A DNA stretch of 64,000 bases from Octopus sinensis (GCF_006345805.1 NC_042998.1:150040001-150104000), one strand, 5' to 3'; numbered from the stretch's first letter, positions 43,316 to 58,349 are shown. Notes: a model not told the origin generated them from the sequence alone. A program made the numbers and translations.

Positions 43316-43385
<70 letters not shown>

Positions 43386-43612
43386 TTAGGCATTAGGCAT
43401 ACATATATTAAAAAAATCTTATGTGCGCACGTACGAACATGCATGCATACGTACACAATTGCTGGGCTGTCGTCTAAGTTTCGATGAAAGAACTTTAGAA
43501 ACGCTTCTTTCTTTCTCGGTGAGAAATATTTAAACTTAAACGTGAATACATGCATACCTACATACGATAAATATACGCACATACATACAAATATGCATAA
43601 ATGCATATCTAC

Positions 43613-43692
<80 letters not shown>

Positions 43693-43720
43693 ATATATAT
43701 ATATATAGATATATATATAT

Positions 43721-43753
<33 letters not shown>

Positions 43754-44829
43754 TATATTATATATATTATATTATATTACATTGTATTGTATTATATTAT
43801 ATTATATTATATCATATTTTATTATATTTTATTATATTATATTATATTATATTATATTATATTATATTAGAGGAAAAACCAAAATCAAAGCAGAACGAGT
43901 ATCTTAAGTCATTAAGAATAATTTAATATGGGTAAAGTGAATTTGAAGTCTTGCAACTGTTTCTGGGATAACCTAAGTGGTTGTTTAGCATATCCGTGAA
44001 CTAGGAATTCCGTCATCAGAGACAAAGTATGAATATTTTAGAAGTGGGTAAATTTACATTTGCAGGGAATAAAATAAAAGAATAAAGAGTATAAGTACTT
44101 TGAAGAATATAGGCAGTAGAATAAAGCTCACAACTCGTCTTTTTCGAGAGGAAATGGATGTTAGTCGGAACCTGTTTGTAAGTCTCTCTCTCTATATATA
44201 TATGTATGTGTGTGTGTGTGTGTGTGTGTCTATATACTTTCATACACACATACAGACGTGCACGCACATAGATACATCTATACACACCCATTAGCTCATT
44301 CATGCATATATGTACATACACATACTCACACAAACATGCAAATATCCCCAATCCCTCTGCCCTCAACCATATTAACTCAAACTCCATTCTCTGCAGCTTT
44401 CTCTCACACTAAACTTATAAATTTCCTATTTAGATAAACATCTTAGTTTGATTCGCAATATTAATTAGTTCGTTTTCAGTTAATTATCGCTGTTTTAATT
44501 TAATTAAAGGTTCCACGTGTCAGTAAAAGGGCAGTACTATTAAAAATAGCATCAGTTTTTCATGGCGGACTTTTGTTGTGCTTCTCGAATAATTCACTCT
44601 CCTTCAGATCTAGCGTTAATTTCTTATTTACTCCCCAACTTCTATGTTTAATGCTTCAGCAGCATATATTTATTTGTTCTCTTACAATTGCGACTCTTAT
44701 ATTCTTTTACTTATTTCAACCAGCGACTCTTGGTGATAAGAAGGCTATCAGCATCAGTATACGATTACGTATATTGAGATATATTTCTTAAAATGATATT
44801 TATATGTATATATATGTTTTTATACTTTT

Positions 44830-45180
44830 ATACTTTTGTTCTTTTTCTTTTTTCAGTCATTTGACTGCGGCCATGCTGAAGCACAGCCTTAAAAAGTTTT
44901 AGCTAAACAAATAGACCCCAGGACATATATTTTTAAGCCTAGTACTTACTCTATCGGTCTCTTTCGCCGAACCGCTATGTTACCAACACCGGTTGTCAAG
45001 TAGTGATGATGCGGGGACAAACCCAGACACAAAGACATACAAACACACACACACATATATACATATATACGACGGGCTTCTTTCAATTTCCGTTTACCAA
45101 ATCCATTCACAAGACTTTAGTCAGCCCAAAACTATAGTAGAAAATACCTACCCGTGGTCCACGCAGTGGGACTATGCATG
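44830..45180 (-). mobile_element. SINE family B
   Basis: cagtcatttgactgcggccatgctg tail; cgacgggcttctttc..cacgcagtgggact. Confidence 0.85.
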
Positions 45181-45329
45181 AAATGAACTCGAACTCAACA
45201 AGCGGCCCAGATGGCTTTCCGGTTGTTCTTTTAAAGACACGAACGAGTACTTCACAAAACCACTTCAGATCCTTTTTTCAGAGTTTCCTTACATGTGGTA
45301 AACTATCTACATTGCTAAAAGAGAGGTAT

Positions 45330-45815
45330 ATGTACTATTCATGAAGGAGGAAGTACAGCAGACGCTACAAAATTACAGGCATGTGTCTCCGACTTCACTT
45401 GTTAGCCAGGTTATGAAGGAAGCTGATCACGTTCCTGGAAGAAAGTAACTTTCTCACAAACAAACAATATGGTTTCCGTCCGGGGAGGAGCTGCATCACA
45501 CAGCTGCTACAGTATTACGAATGGGATCAACCACTCGACTATGTTTAAATCGACTATGATAAATCTCGACTTTGTTAAGGCTTTTGACAAAGCTTATCAT
45601 GGGAGGATATCACGAGCTGCGTGACAATGGTATCCCTGGAAAACTGGGAATGGCTGCATGACTTTCTAAAAGGCAGAAGCCAGACAGTTGCAGTATAAGG
45701 TGCCTTCTCTTGAGAGACTTCAATTCGCAGTGGAGTCCCTCAAGGGACTGTACTGAGACGTCTATTTGTGGTGGTTCTCACAGTCATGTCCTCAACCATA
45801 CAGTCAGCCATCGGC
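45330..45815 (+). pseudogene. CR1/L2-type LINE RT fragment
   Basis: NYRHVSPTSLV, NKQYGFRPGRSCITQLL, INLDFVKAFDK, SGVPQGTVL. Confidence 0.85.
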
Positions 45816-45976
45816 AACATTTGTCAATTTCTTGAAAATGGGGTCATGAACCCGAAATATTGAATACAAGGTAAGTCTACATTAATTCATATATGTTTTC
45901 TTGTGATTTACCTTGCAGTTATTTCATATTGTTTTATACAATATATTCTACACAATGCTTCATAGTAATTATTCCA

Positions 45977-46016
<40 letters not shown>

Positions 46017-46081
46017 GGAGAGAGAGAGAGGGAGAGAGAGAGGGAGAGAGGGAGAGAGAGAGGGAGAGAGAGAGAGATGTG

Positions 46082-46113
<32 letters not shown>

Positions 46114-46819
46114 CATACATATGTGTGTGTGAGCATGCATGGGTGCGTGTGCGTAATGAGTCTATATATATATCTTTGTTTTTATCTTTGTTTTCGTATA
46201 TTCTCGCAAGATTATAGTATCATTTTGTGCTAACGTAAACACACTATTTGAGATTTTATCCGATCTTTACTAAAGTTTCCCTTCTAGAGGTTTTCGTAAA
46301 TTCATAGGCACAGTGAGGCTAACAAATTTGTTGTTGCGGAAACAGCAAAACTTCAGTCAACAATCGATGACGTGAAGTGCATATATATGTTTGTTTTTAG
46401 CCGTGTTAGTGATCTACTCTGCCGTTAAAGTTATATCTCTCTCCCCATCCTCTCTCACTCTCTATGTACATCTATATTTGTGTGTATATGTGTGTACATG
46501 TATATGTGTTGTATGTTTCTTGTATGTATGTACGTATATGTATGTATACATGTATATATAACGAAGCAACACGCAAATACAGACTCTTATTTCAGTTAAA
46601 GTCAACTTATTTACTTCTTAATCGCCACTAAAGTCATTATTAACTCTCTTTATTCTTAATCCAAAGGGATTAGTAAAGATTAAGGATGGATTAAGTCCTT
46701 AATGGCCACCTTCTTCAGCTTCTCCATATTTAAATATGAACTCTGTTTCTTCGTCTTCTGTTCATATTGGTTCCACGGACAGAGTCAGTTGCAGTCTTAA
46801 GAACTCACTGCACTTAGTA

Positions 46820-47109
46820 ATCATTTCCACCACCATAATCCCCACTACTACTACTATTACTACTGTCACCGCCACCACCATCACCACCTCCAACACCATC
46901 ACCACTACCATCATCACCACCATCACCACCACCACCATCACCACCACACCATCACCACGACGACGACCACCACCACTAACAAGAGCAACAACAGCAACAC
47001 TACATGAAATTAACACAGCTGGTTTTACCATAATTACCACGACAGCTTTCATCATCATCATTATCGACATCTTCGACACCATCGTCGTCATCACCATCAT
47101 CATCCACAG

Positions 47110-47142
<33 letters not shown>

Positions 47143-47200
47143 CATTATCTTCACCCTCTCTATTTCCATATCCACCCATATTACCATCAAGAATACCATC
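46820..47200. repeat. CAC/CAT/TAC trinucleotide mosaic
   Basis: Direct reading; explains the poly-T/poly-V ORFs. Confidence 0.9.
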
Positions 47201-47434
47201 ACCTGTGGTACTTGATCATCAGTTAATGATGGTTCATTTTTCGGTCTCGTTCTGTAAGAAAGTTATCTCTGGACGATTATGTTGAAGCTTCTTATCTCTG
47301 TGGAATGGTATATCCTCCGTAAGTATCATTTATCCACGCTCTGCCGCTCGCAACGGTTGTTATTTGTACTGCCCGAAGGTACACCCTAGCCCGTGCCGCC
47401 TCTATATTTTTATTATTATTATTATTATTGTTTG

Positions 47435-47642
47435 GGCGGCGAGCTGGCAGAGTTGTTAGCACGCCGGCTGAAACGCTTAGCGGTATATCGTCTGTCGCTA
47501 GATTCTGAGTTCAAATTCCGCCGAGGTCGACTTCGCCTTTCATCCTTTCGGGGTCGATAAATTAAATACCATTGAAACACTGAAGTGGCTGTAATCGACT
47601 AGTTCCCCTCCCCAGAATTTCAGGCCTTGTGCCTATAGTAGA

Positions 47643-47645
<3 letters not shown>
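47435..47645 (+). mobile_element. SINE family C between (TTA)n runs
   Basis: ggcggcgagctggcagagttgttagcacgccgg..gttcaaattccgccgaggtcgac. Confidence 0.9.
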
Positions 47646-47678
<33 letters not shown>

Positions 47679-47849
47679 CGTAGCCATCGTCGTCGTTCTT
47701 GTAGTTCTTCCTTCATTTTCTTCACAGTTGTGTTCATATTATTTGCTTTCCCTGAACAGAAAAGACTCTTTGCTGGTTTAATTTGTATTATGTGGCTATT
47801 TTGTTGCCCTTAATTCGTTATTCCAAATTTATGTAGCTAAGTGCGTAGC

Positions 47850-48010
47850 CAAGCAGTCAGTTTGTTGCACTTATGATCGCAAGGTCGTAGTTTTCGATAT
47901 TCGGATCAGGCTGTACGTTATGTTCTTGATCAAAGCACTTCTTTTCAAAATGTTCTGTGGTTATTTTGACATCTGACGTGTGGCAAACCATGCGCCTGTA
48001 CACAGGTAAT
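47850..48010 (+). mobile_element. Degenerate SINE family A-like copy
   Basis: gatcgcaaggtcgtagttttcgat..gttcttgatcaaagcactt. Confidence 0.5.
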
Positions 48011-48011
48011 A

Positions 48012-49000
48012 TTAAATTAATGAAGAGAGTGAATTGATCATTATAAACAAATCATTTTGTTCAGCAATATCTTGCACATCCCGCATCTGTAGTTTACGAC
48101 AGTAGAGTCCATGAGGTATATGTAGACCCACTGCAGACATATCAGTTTCTGTTTCCCCAATAACCCTATCTACTGCATTCCTGGTTAATATAATCTTGTT
48201 GTACAAGAATATGAGATTGGGGAGTAGTCTAAATGTCATCAGTGATTTTCTTGATTTCTTGTCTAGCATTGTCAATCCACTTAGCGTCCAGTCGAGAATA
48301 TACAGCTACAGTACAGCTACAGTATAGTCGTTTGTACAGCTACAGTATAGTCGTTTATAATCCTAGTTTTTACCTGTACTTATGTTTTAAGAGATAATCT
48401 AATACTTTTCTCATATTTCCATGCAACCTTTTTTCTTGTCTTTTGTTTGTGTGTGTGTTCCAATGTCTTGCTCATTAATTCCTAATTGTCTGTCTGTCTG
48501 CGTTCGGTCAAATTCATTTACGCCGTCTTTCTTGATCTAAAATGATATTAGTGATTGAAGTTTGTCTTGGCACATTTTCTAAATCAAATTTTATTTATTA
48601 GTTCCTCCACTAAGTCTGTGTGCTCTCAGTAACAATATTGCTACTTGTTGTTGTTGCTTCGTTTTCTTTTCCATTTGCAATGTACAATTTTGTAAAAGGT
48701 GGTTGATTGTCCTTCTGTAGAGTTTTATATCCGACTCCACTCATATATATCTATGTTGGTTAATGCTATCAACGATAGAAAGAAATGAAACAGGGAATAA
48801 AGTTTCCAGGGAATATTATTCGCACGAGAATGGAATTGGTTTTCAGAATTCTCTATTTTGCTTGTTTATGCAAAATTATTGAGCAGAGTTGTCTAACATT
48901 TTTAACATGCAAGATGTAGCAAACCCACCCCTTAACTTTACCAGCTAAGCTGCTTCAAAGCAAAATGACTGCAAGGTTTTTCTGACGCATCTTGTACCTG
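48012..49000 (-). pseudogene. Old R4-like RT relic
   Basis: Minus-strand degenerate IFPGN (GIFQGD-like), TINHLL, RKCAK, LDWT..LDKKSRK motifs. Confidence 0.6.
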
Positions 49001-49054
49001 TTAGTCTTTATGTAACTTTTTGGGATGACCGACTGGGTTCACGATTAACAAAAG

Positions 49055-49056
<2 letters not shown>

Positions 49057-49104
<48 letters not shown>

Positions 49105-49169
49105 CATTATTATTATTACCATTATTATTACCATCATCACCATCATCATAATCATCATTATCATCATCA

Positions 49170-49229
<60 letters not shown>

Positions 49230-49230
49230 C
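49057..49230. repeat. (TTA)n/(TCA)n array, i.e. (TAA)n on the minus strand
   Basis: Direct reading. Confidence 0.96.
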
Positions 49231-49470
49231 TTTTATCCACAGGTTTTGTTGGAGCTCCCGGAGTCTTGCATGCGTAACGGGCTTACTACCTGCAGCCTAT
49301 GGTACCATGCTATTCGTTCTTTTCAGCTGTCTAATACTTTTCTGATTATTCTGGCCGTGCCAAGGAAACAAATCTTTTGCAACAGTTCTACTGGGCACTC
49401 TATTCCAATTTCCTTTATATTCTTGATGCCTTCTAATACTGTTTCCAAGACACAACAATAATTGGCATTA
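49231..49470 (-). mobile_element. 3' end of another R4-like family, flanked by minus-strand (TAA)n
   Basis: Minus-strand KEIGIECPVELLQKICFLGTARIIRKVLDS*, then a UTR running into (TAA)n; (TTA)n also at ~49490-49530. Confidence 0.85.
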
Positions 49471-49487
49471 TCTTCACATTGTTATTG

Positions 49488-49531
<44 letters not shown>

Positions 49532-49541
49532 GTAGTAGTAT

Positions 49542-49612
<71 letters not shown>

Positions 49613-51508
49613 ACCTAGTGGAGCGCCGAAAAAATGCCTTGCAGTATTCCTTCCTGAACCAGAAACAATTTTTGATGCCACCTTAGTTATAGCCAATATC
49701 TCCACCTCAGTGAAAACTGTCAAAAAACTTCCTCCTAATCACTCCTTCAGATTATACTTTTATACACTTATTCCTATACTCTTCTGTTAAATCATTATCC
49801 TTATTTTCCCCTGTATAGATATAACTAATTGATTTTACAATTTTACGAACCTTTCAACAATCCATTTTCTTCTTCTGATTGAGCTAATTTTCTTCGGCCT
49901 ATCATTTATCCATTACGACTTTATTATACTCGAAGTTTGTGTATCCAAGACAACTAGGTTTTGGTTCTTTGTTTTTGGTTATTGCTTTTTGGGAGAACTC
50001 TTCCGTTATTGTTTTTAGTTTTATTTTGTTTTTGTTTCCCGCCTCAGTTATCAACCTTGGGATTTCTGGCAATCATTGATGCACACACAGCGCGGACCCC
50101 TCCTTTGTCAAAGACTGAACATCATGTTGCTTCTGCTTGAAAACCATTATTTGTCTGAAAAGAAGAACAGGTATAACAATTACTTCAGAGTAAGTTACTC
50201 TACCAATATGGGCAATTTGAACGACCTATGTCAGTTAATAAAAAGGGTTATGCTTAATTTTGTATCACATCACAACCCACATCTAAAACTCGGTTTGGAG
50301 TTGGCAGAAACAACTCCATTAACAAAGCCACTCACATTGCGAAAAACTAGGGGCAAATATTGCATGTCACTATGTATAAAATAATCACAGTCTCTCTGAA
50401 TTTATTTCTTTAATTCTATTCGTCGCTCGTAGAGACTATAAGCCTGTTGACTTAATAAAATTACAGCGACCATAATTAGGAGTATAGACAACCTTGCTTT
50501 GTCCTGGGTCATCATTCAGAATACAGAAAATAATTGTACTGTCACTGATAACATGATATGGAGCTGGGCTATGATTCAAGAAACCAGTCTTTCTATGACG
50601 CTATTTATACTTTCAATGATTTTGCTGTCGTGTTTGGAAATGAAAACTGAAGTGGAGAAATTGGCTACAGGAGGGCAGAAACAGCTACTTGGCACTTTCT
50701 TTGTAAATACCAAGCATAAAAACAGTCAGAAGCCAAGAATACAAACAGTTACAGCATTCCATTTATAGAGATTTGAGCCGGTTACGACATCGTTAAAGGA
50801 CGTTTGGAATGAATTTGGCCAAAATGTATGTACCTACAAAATTGTAAAATAGGGAAAAACAAGCCTAGTAAAACCACTATGAATGGCCTGACTATTTTTC
50901 CGCTTTCCGACGTGTAACTAGTCATGAATGAAATATATTTGATTATGGGACTTGAAGAAAAGAACTTGGAATCAGAGAAAATTAAGTTATCCGGATGGAA
51001 AAAAAGACTTCCGGATTCTTTGTATGTTAACAAATCTGTGCCAACATCTGTAGGTGTGTATCCTTGTTCTTCAGTCAGGAAATACATTCCGTGGAGATTC
51101 TGCCCATCTCTTTATTAGTAAGGTGTCTAGTTGTTTGTTAGAGGCTTCCAGAGATTAATGATGTATGTAAGTATATTTTTAAGTAGACTGTGAGTATGCG
51201 TGTATGTGTGTGTGTGTATGTGTGTGTGTGTGTGTGTTTCTGTGTGTGTATGTGTGTGTGTGTGTGTGTGTGTGTTTATATATTGCGTGCATATCGGTGG
51301 AAGATGAGAACATAGACGCAAAACATGCGTTCCTTTGGTCCACCGGATTACAGTTGTTCTGTTGTAGGCAGAAATGCAATGAACCAAAGACTGGCCCATT
51401 AGAAACCGTTATTGTGGAAATATAGAATGTAAATGTAGACGATAAATATCTATCTAAATGTATGTCTGTCTAACTATGTAAAATATAGCTACACACACAC
51501 ACACACAT

Positions 51509-51540
<32 letters not shown>

Positions 51541-52384
51541 TCATACATACATACACACTACACACACATACACACACACACATACATATACATACATACA
51601 TACATACATACATACATACATACATAATACATACATACATACATACATACATACGTACATACATATATATGTATACAGAGATAAATATGCATTTATACGC
51701 ATATCTCTCCAAAGTTTAGACTTTAAATGATCCACAAGTACGAACTTGAATATCCTTTACTCCCATATATACACTCTCACCTTTCCTCTCTTTCTCACAC
51801 TATTCTTTTGTATCTCTTTTCTTTCCTTCTTTTATTCACACTTCTAATGCCTCCCTTTCTCACCCTATCCCTTTCATTCTTGTCTTCCTTTTCACGCACA
51901 CTCTCTCTCTCTCTCTCCCTCTCCCTCTTTCTCTTTCTCGTTCTCTAGCTTTTGTATTTTTCTCTTCATCTCCTACCCCCCCCCTCTTTCATTATGGTCA
52001 CTTCTCTGACCACTCCTATTTATAGTCTGCTCTTTTCCTCTGTGACTCAGTCGTACACAGAAACGCACATGCGCACGCATACACACACATGCAAACTCGC
52101 CTAAACGTGCGCACACACGATCACATACAAGCATATACAGACCCACACCAACTCAGACATACACACACATACACATGCGCACACACATAAACACACACAT
52201 ACAAAAATACACAAACACATACACCTAAATATACACCCACATCCACCCACATATACGTACACGCACAAACTCTGCTCCAGTGCCCTTAACAAACGATGAC
52301 CTGTTCATCTGACATTTCAAAAGGTTATTTCTCTCGCAGAAGTCAAGAATACCCTCAACACACACGCACACGCATGCATATATA

Positions 52385-52460
<76 letters not shown>

Positions 52461-53573
52461 ATATTATATATATATATATAATATATATATATATAATATA
52501 TAATATATATATATTTATATATATATATGTATATATATATCTGTGTGTGTATACATAATATATATATATATATATACATATATATATGTATATATATGTA
52601 TGTATATATGTATATATATAATGTATGTGTGTATGTATAAAGAAACATACACACACATGCATATATACATATATGTATGTATATGTATATATGTGTGTGT
52701 ACATAAATATATATAATATACACACATATATATATATTTTTTCCATACTTCATACATATATATGCATGTGTGTGTGTACATATGTGTGTGTGTGTGTACA
52801 CACTCCACATATACAGACATATGTAAGAACTATGCACAATACAAATATACATGAGAAGAGCGAGACAGAGAGATTTAGAGATGGGCAAGCAGACAGGCAG
52901 GCAGACGGAAACACATCTACATATTGACAAATGTGATCACACACACACACACATACACTCACAAACACACACACACACGTACAGCCATGTCAACGCGTTC
53001 TTACTTGATGTGATGAATTGATACACAGACATCCTTAGGTAGATTTAGATGCACATATATCAGTAGTTTCTAAAATACACTACGTACACACACATACACA
53101 CACGCACATACACATGTACATACGACTGTGCATATGTGTGTGTGCGTGTGCATACGTGCGTCTCTGCGTGTTTATGTATGTGTGTGTGTATTATGCATAG
53201 ACATGCACATAGTCACAGATATAGCGTTACACATAAGCCCTCATATGCAGTCTGAATAGTAAATACTCTCTCAAATACCCACACATATGCAGACACATTG
53301 ATACTTGCATATACACATGCATACTTACATACACGAATACATCAACCTACGCATATAAATTTGAAGCAACGCCTCAAAAAGTGGACAGACACGTGCTGAC
53401 ATACGTACATACATATGTATACACACGTTCACACACATGCACATACATATACACATACATATATGCACATAGTCACATATACACCTACATATAAGGAAAT
53501 AGCATCGGCAGACACATCACGGACTGACATGTATACACACACATTACATACACTCAACAGAAGCAACAACAGC

Positions 53574-53623
<50 letters not shown>

Positions 53624-53656
53624 TACATACATACATACATACATACATACATCCAT

Positions 53657-53687
<31 letters not shown>

Positions 53688-54885
53688 TACACACACGCAA
53701 ACAAGTTATAATTAGATTGTTAGACGGCAGCTCTCATCCTGTTACATAAGCAAGAGAAATAATTTCATGCAATATACTAAAACACTATCACCAAAATGGT
53801 AACTCACTACCCGTGATAAAGTGGTGACTATTTGAGTATAATAAACACTACAAGTGGTAGACTGGATACTAGTATAATAGATACTACTAATAATAGATTA
53901 ACTATACCAGTGAAAATTCCACGGTTGCTCTGGAAATTGTATGATGGAACTGTACACTCTACTGAAGCATTTGATTCTTAAGATAGTGTAAAATCAACAT
54001 TGGTAGCATTATTGAAAGTTCAATATCAAGATGCAACATCCCTAAAAGCTATATTATTCGACTTTGTGTGTTGTTATCCATTATTTTTTACATTAGATGT
54101 TTATTTCTTCGGAGGATGTTTCCAAGATAATTTCTTCTTTGGTATTGTTATTGTTCCACTTATCTAAAATAAGTTCCTTCAGAAGTTCTGATATGAATTT
54201 TTGGTCACAAATCGGCACTGTAGCTCCTACGAATATTGCACTTGTCTCAAAGACCATTATGACATGTTTGATTTCTTGCTCTGTTTGCTTTTTTCCAGAT
54301 TTTTTTTTTGTTAAATTTCATCAGGAATAATGACTCCGTCTCTGCATGCTTGCCTGTTGAATATTGGCATCATCTTTAAAATCACCTCTTGGGAGCTTGA
54401 TAACCATTTTGATGCTTAATATCTCTACAAACCCCAATCAGTGGAATTGATAGTGTTCAATGTGATTTGAATTGTCATAGATTTTTAGTAGTCTTGCCAG
54501 TTCAAATTTGATCATAAGTAGCATTTCATGAAATTTCTCAAATCGACATATTTGGTATTGATATGGTGTCCAATACTCAGTTACGGATCAGGGTGAAAGA
54601 TACAACAACCTGAAGCCGCAAAAATTGTCTTTCGAATTTCAGGCTCTGATTGTGAAAGACTGCATTCCACTAGCTACCTTTAAACTATTGTATCCACAAT
54701 TGCCGGGACATGGCATTCACTCTGGTGCGGGTATTAGAGTCAAACACTCGCTTATTCCCCTCATTCACGCTCTGATTTCCGATAAATTTTGACTTACACC
54801 CTATTAAACATGAACATATTCACGAAACTACAACGGTCTCCAAAGATCAAAGACATTATTTCCCCAACTATGTTCAGACTATACA

Positions 54886-54925
<40 letters not shown>

Positions 54926-55003
54926 ACATACATACATACATACATACATACATACATACATACATACATACAAACATACATACATACTACATACATACAT
55001 ACA

Positions 55004-55035
<32 letters not shown>

Positions 55036-55117
55036 CATGTATATATATGGTCGAAACATATCTAAGTTTATCTAAGTCTAAGTTTAAGTTTATATATATA
55101 TAATATATATATATATA

Positions 55118-55235
<118 letters not shown>

Positions 55236-55731
55236 ATGTATATGTATGTATGTATCCATGCATGTATGTATATAAGACATAAACTTGTCAATACTGGATA
55301 TATAAATTTAAGATTTCTTAATGGTGAATTAAGTATCAATAAATTGATTTTTTAAAACAGAATAGATAGAAAGGAAATACTCTATGGAAATATTATGGAG
55401 ACTCAGAAAACTACACATCATGTAATACTTAACTGTTGTTTGCCAAGCAGATGTCTTCTGTGAATTACTATTCCTCCAGTAATATTCTTCTAGTATTGTA
55501 CATTTACTTTGTAACTCTTCCATCACTACTTCGGCAAGTAACTGATGAGGTCATAATACGAATGAAACTAGTCATACGTTGTTTCCCGTACAACGTTCAT
55601 AAAAATGATATTAGTCACTACCCAATATTATTTTCTCTTCTCCTCGCCCCATAACTATTTTAATAAGCTATTTAATGCAACTTAAATTAAGTATATTAAA
55701 ACTAACATGCATGCATGAATACACACACATA

Positions 55732-55779
<48 letters not shown>

Positions 55780-55886
55780 TATACATATATATAGATATAT
55801 ATATATATATACAATATATATATACAATATATACAATACATATATACAATATGTATATATATATATTATATATATATATTACATAC

Positions 55887-55995
<109 letters not shown>

Positions 55996-56029
55996 AAATA
56001 TAAGGGTAAATAATTATTAATCTAAAATT

Positions 56030-56405
56030 AATAAATTTTACCAAGTAGTTTCGGTATGGAAAGAGAACCATTATCGGTAGGAACTTTTACAAAAAGTTTT
56101 TTTTATACGAATTCATTCGTCTATATGGATTTGGATGTGCTGACTATCTTGTGTTATTTCCCGATGGCGCTGGATCGGGATGCAAAGAGTAGGTTCATAG
56201 CATTTTCAGATTTATAAATTATCGAATTATTGTGCTGAGGACGGGAATGAAGATTGTTTGATTTCGTTATTTTTCTTCTTTTGCCTATGTGAGTTACAAG
56301 TATTGTTATTTGTGGAGTAATATCTGTAGTAAAAAGCAATAAACTGTCTTTGGCTGCTATTTCTAAATTTTCGGTATGTGGTTAAGCAACTTGTTGCTTA
56401 ACCCT
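56030..56405 (-). mobile_element. Penelope-like terminal fragment next to (TA)n
   Basis: Minus-strand hammerhead-like relic GATAA-T-GGT..ACC-GAAACTACT at 56039-56080; 24-bp palindrome at 56380-56403. Confidence 0.4.
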
Positions 56406-56894
56406 TATTATGTATATATATATATATACACACACACACAATATACACAAACACACATTTATATGTACTAAAACTATAGTGATAACCGTTCGGTAGCTCA
56501 GCTGCTAATGGGAATACATATTTGTTATACATATTTATGAATTATTTTTGTTTTAGCCTCATGATTTTGAGTTGTCCTTCATTCTAGTAAAGTGGAAAGT
56601 GTTGGTGTAGATTACTTACTTAATATTTTTTTGCTTTTCATAGATAATATTAGACGGCTTGGATAACGCTTAGATATTGCTGTCTGGTTCTGAGAAGTTC
56701 TGTGCCATTAACAAATACATATATATGCATCTAAAAAATGCATTCATAAAGTTCATTGATGAGGGGTGCCATCGTACGAAATACGAGAGTCAAAAGTTAA
56801 TTACAAAATATTTAATGCTTAACAAATATGTATATCTGAAAAATAAATTACTCGAAATGCCTATGCGTTGAATAAAAAATAAAACATACAATAA

Positions 56895-57040
56895 AATATT
56901 GCCTTTAAATTTTGGCACAAGGCCAGCAATTTCGGGGTGGGGTGAGGAGGTAAGTCGATTATATCGACCCATGGTGTTCAACTGGTACTTATTTTATCAA
57001 CTCCAAAAGGATGAAAGGCAATGTCGATCTCAGCGGAATA
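56895..57040 (-). mobile_element. SINE family C 3' part
   Basis: ggcacaaggccagcaatttc..ctggtacttattttatc..ggatgaaaggc. Confidence 0.75.
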
Positions 57041-57449
57041 GCATATAATAAAAAATATTAAGCATTAAATTAATGTCTTTTCCTCGCCGCATTTCTAATC
57101 TAATAATTAACGTCACAATATTGAACAGCTTAGCACTAACTAAATATATAATTCACTTGATTCGATACCGGTAAGTTGTATGAACCTCAGTTTAATAATA
57201 GATAAAATTAAATATCGATTTCTTTCTGATTAGCCACTAATGCGCAATATTTTAGAGGAAACGGCAAATGGAGGGGAAAGGCGCCCACGAGATATCAGTG
57301 ATGTTGTTGCATTAAAATTTTCGCACTGTCAATTGGAATTTGCAAGGTAAGATTTAAGGTGCCGGAATATTTGGTAGGAATGAAGGAGGGTGAGAAAATG
57401 GGAGAAAATATTATTTCTTACATGTTATCTTCATCTATTTCGCTATTAT

Positions 57450-57900
57450 CATCATTGTTACCATCAACGCGTCGTCATTGCCACCGTCCTCGCCATCACC
57501 ATCGTCATTATGATCAGTAGATGTTCATTCGCATCATCGTCGTAATTAGCATCATCATCGTCGTCCACCTCGCATCATCATCAACATCCTTCTCACTACC
57601 AACAAAACAGCTATCCTCTGCCGCGTCCCCCTCCTGCGTCTCCTATTCCTCATCTACAACAACAGGTCATGCATCACCACTACGATCTAAACACCACTAT
57701 CATCGTCATCATTGTCGTCGTCGTCAAAAACATCACCATCACCTTTACTGTCATCATCATCACATTACCACCACCATCACCACTACCAGCAGCAGCACCA
57801 CCACCACCACTATCATCATCATCATCATCACACCCTGCAACCACCACCGCCACATCCACCACTACATCCACCACCACCACCACCATCACTACCACCATTA
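57450..57900. repeat. CAT/CAC trinucleotide mosaic
   Basis: Direct reading. Confidence 0.9.
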
Positions 57901-58216
57901 AATTAAACACTGAAGTACAGAGAGTTAGCCATCCCCAGAGATCTATTACATAATCTAAGGAAGCCATCAACAGGGGTTTGCTATTTTTAAATTTACTATT
58001 GGCAACACCGAACCGGAAATTGGTTACGAACCGGAAGCTTGGCGTATTCACTGAAGTATTACCCGTTTACTTGTATACATTTCATCCCATTTTCTTACAG
58101 ATGTATCTGTATGTTGGTGTGTATATTACATACACAATATATATATAAAATGTATATATGCATGTATATATGAATATATATGGGTGCGTATGTGTACGTG
58201 TGTGTGTGTGTGTGTA

Positions 58217-58218
58217 TG

Positions 58219-58288
<70 letters not shown>

Positions 58289-58290
58289 CT

Positions 58291-58346
<56 letters not shown>

Positions 58347-58349
58347 TAC

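Noticed and set aside
49620-50040. Possible N-terminal region of an R4-like element on the minus strand
   Set aside because: Only faint motif resemblance; too degenerate to call.
54100-54330. Minus-strand open frame of roughly 75 codons (KQTEQEIKHVIMVFETSAIFVG..)
   Set aside because: No recognisable motif and no polypyrimidine acceptor upstream; cannot be supported as an exon.
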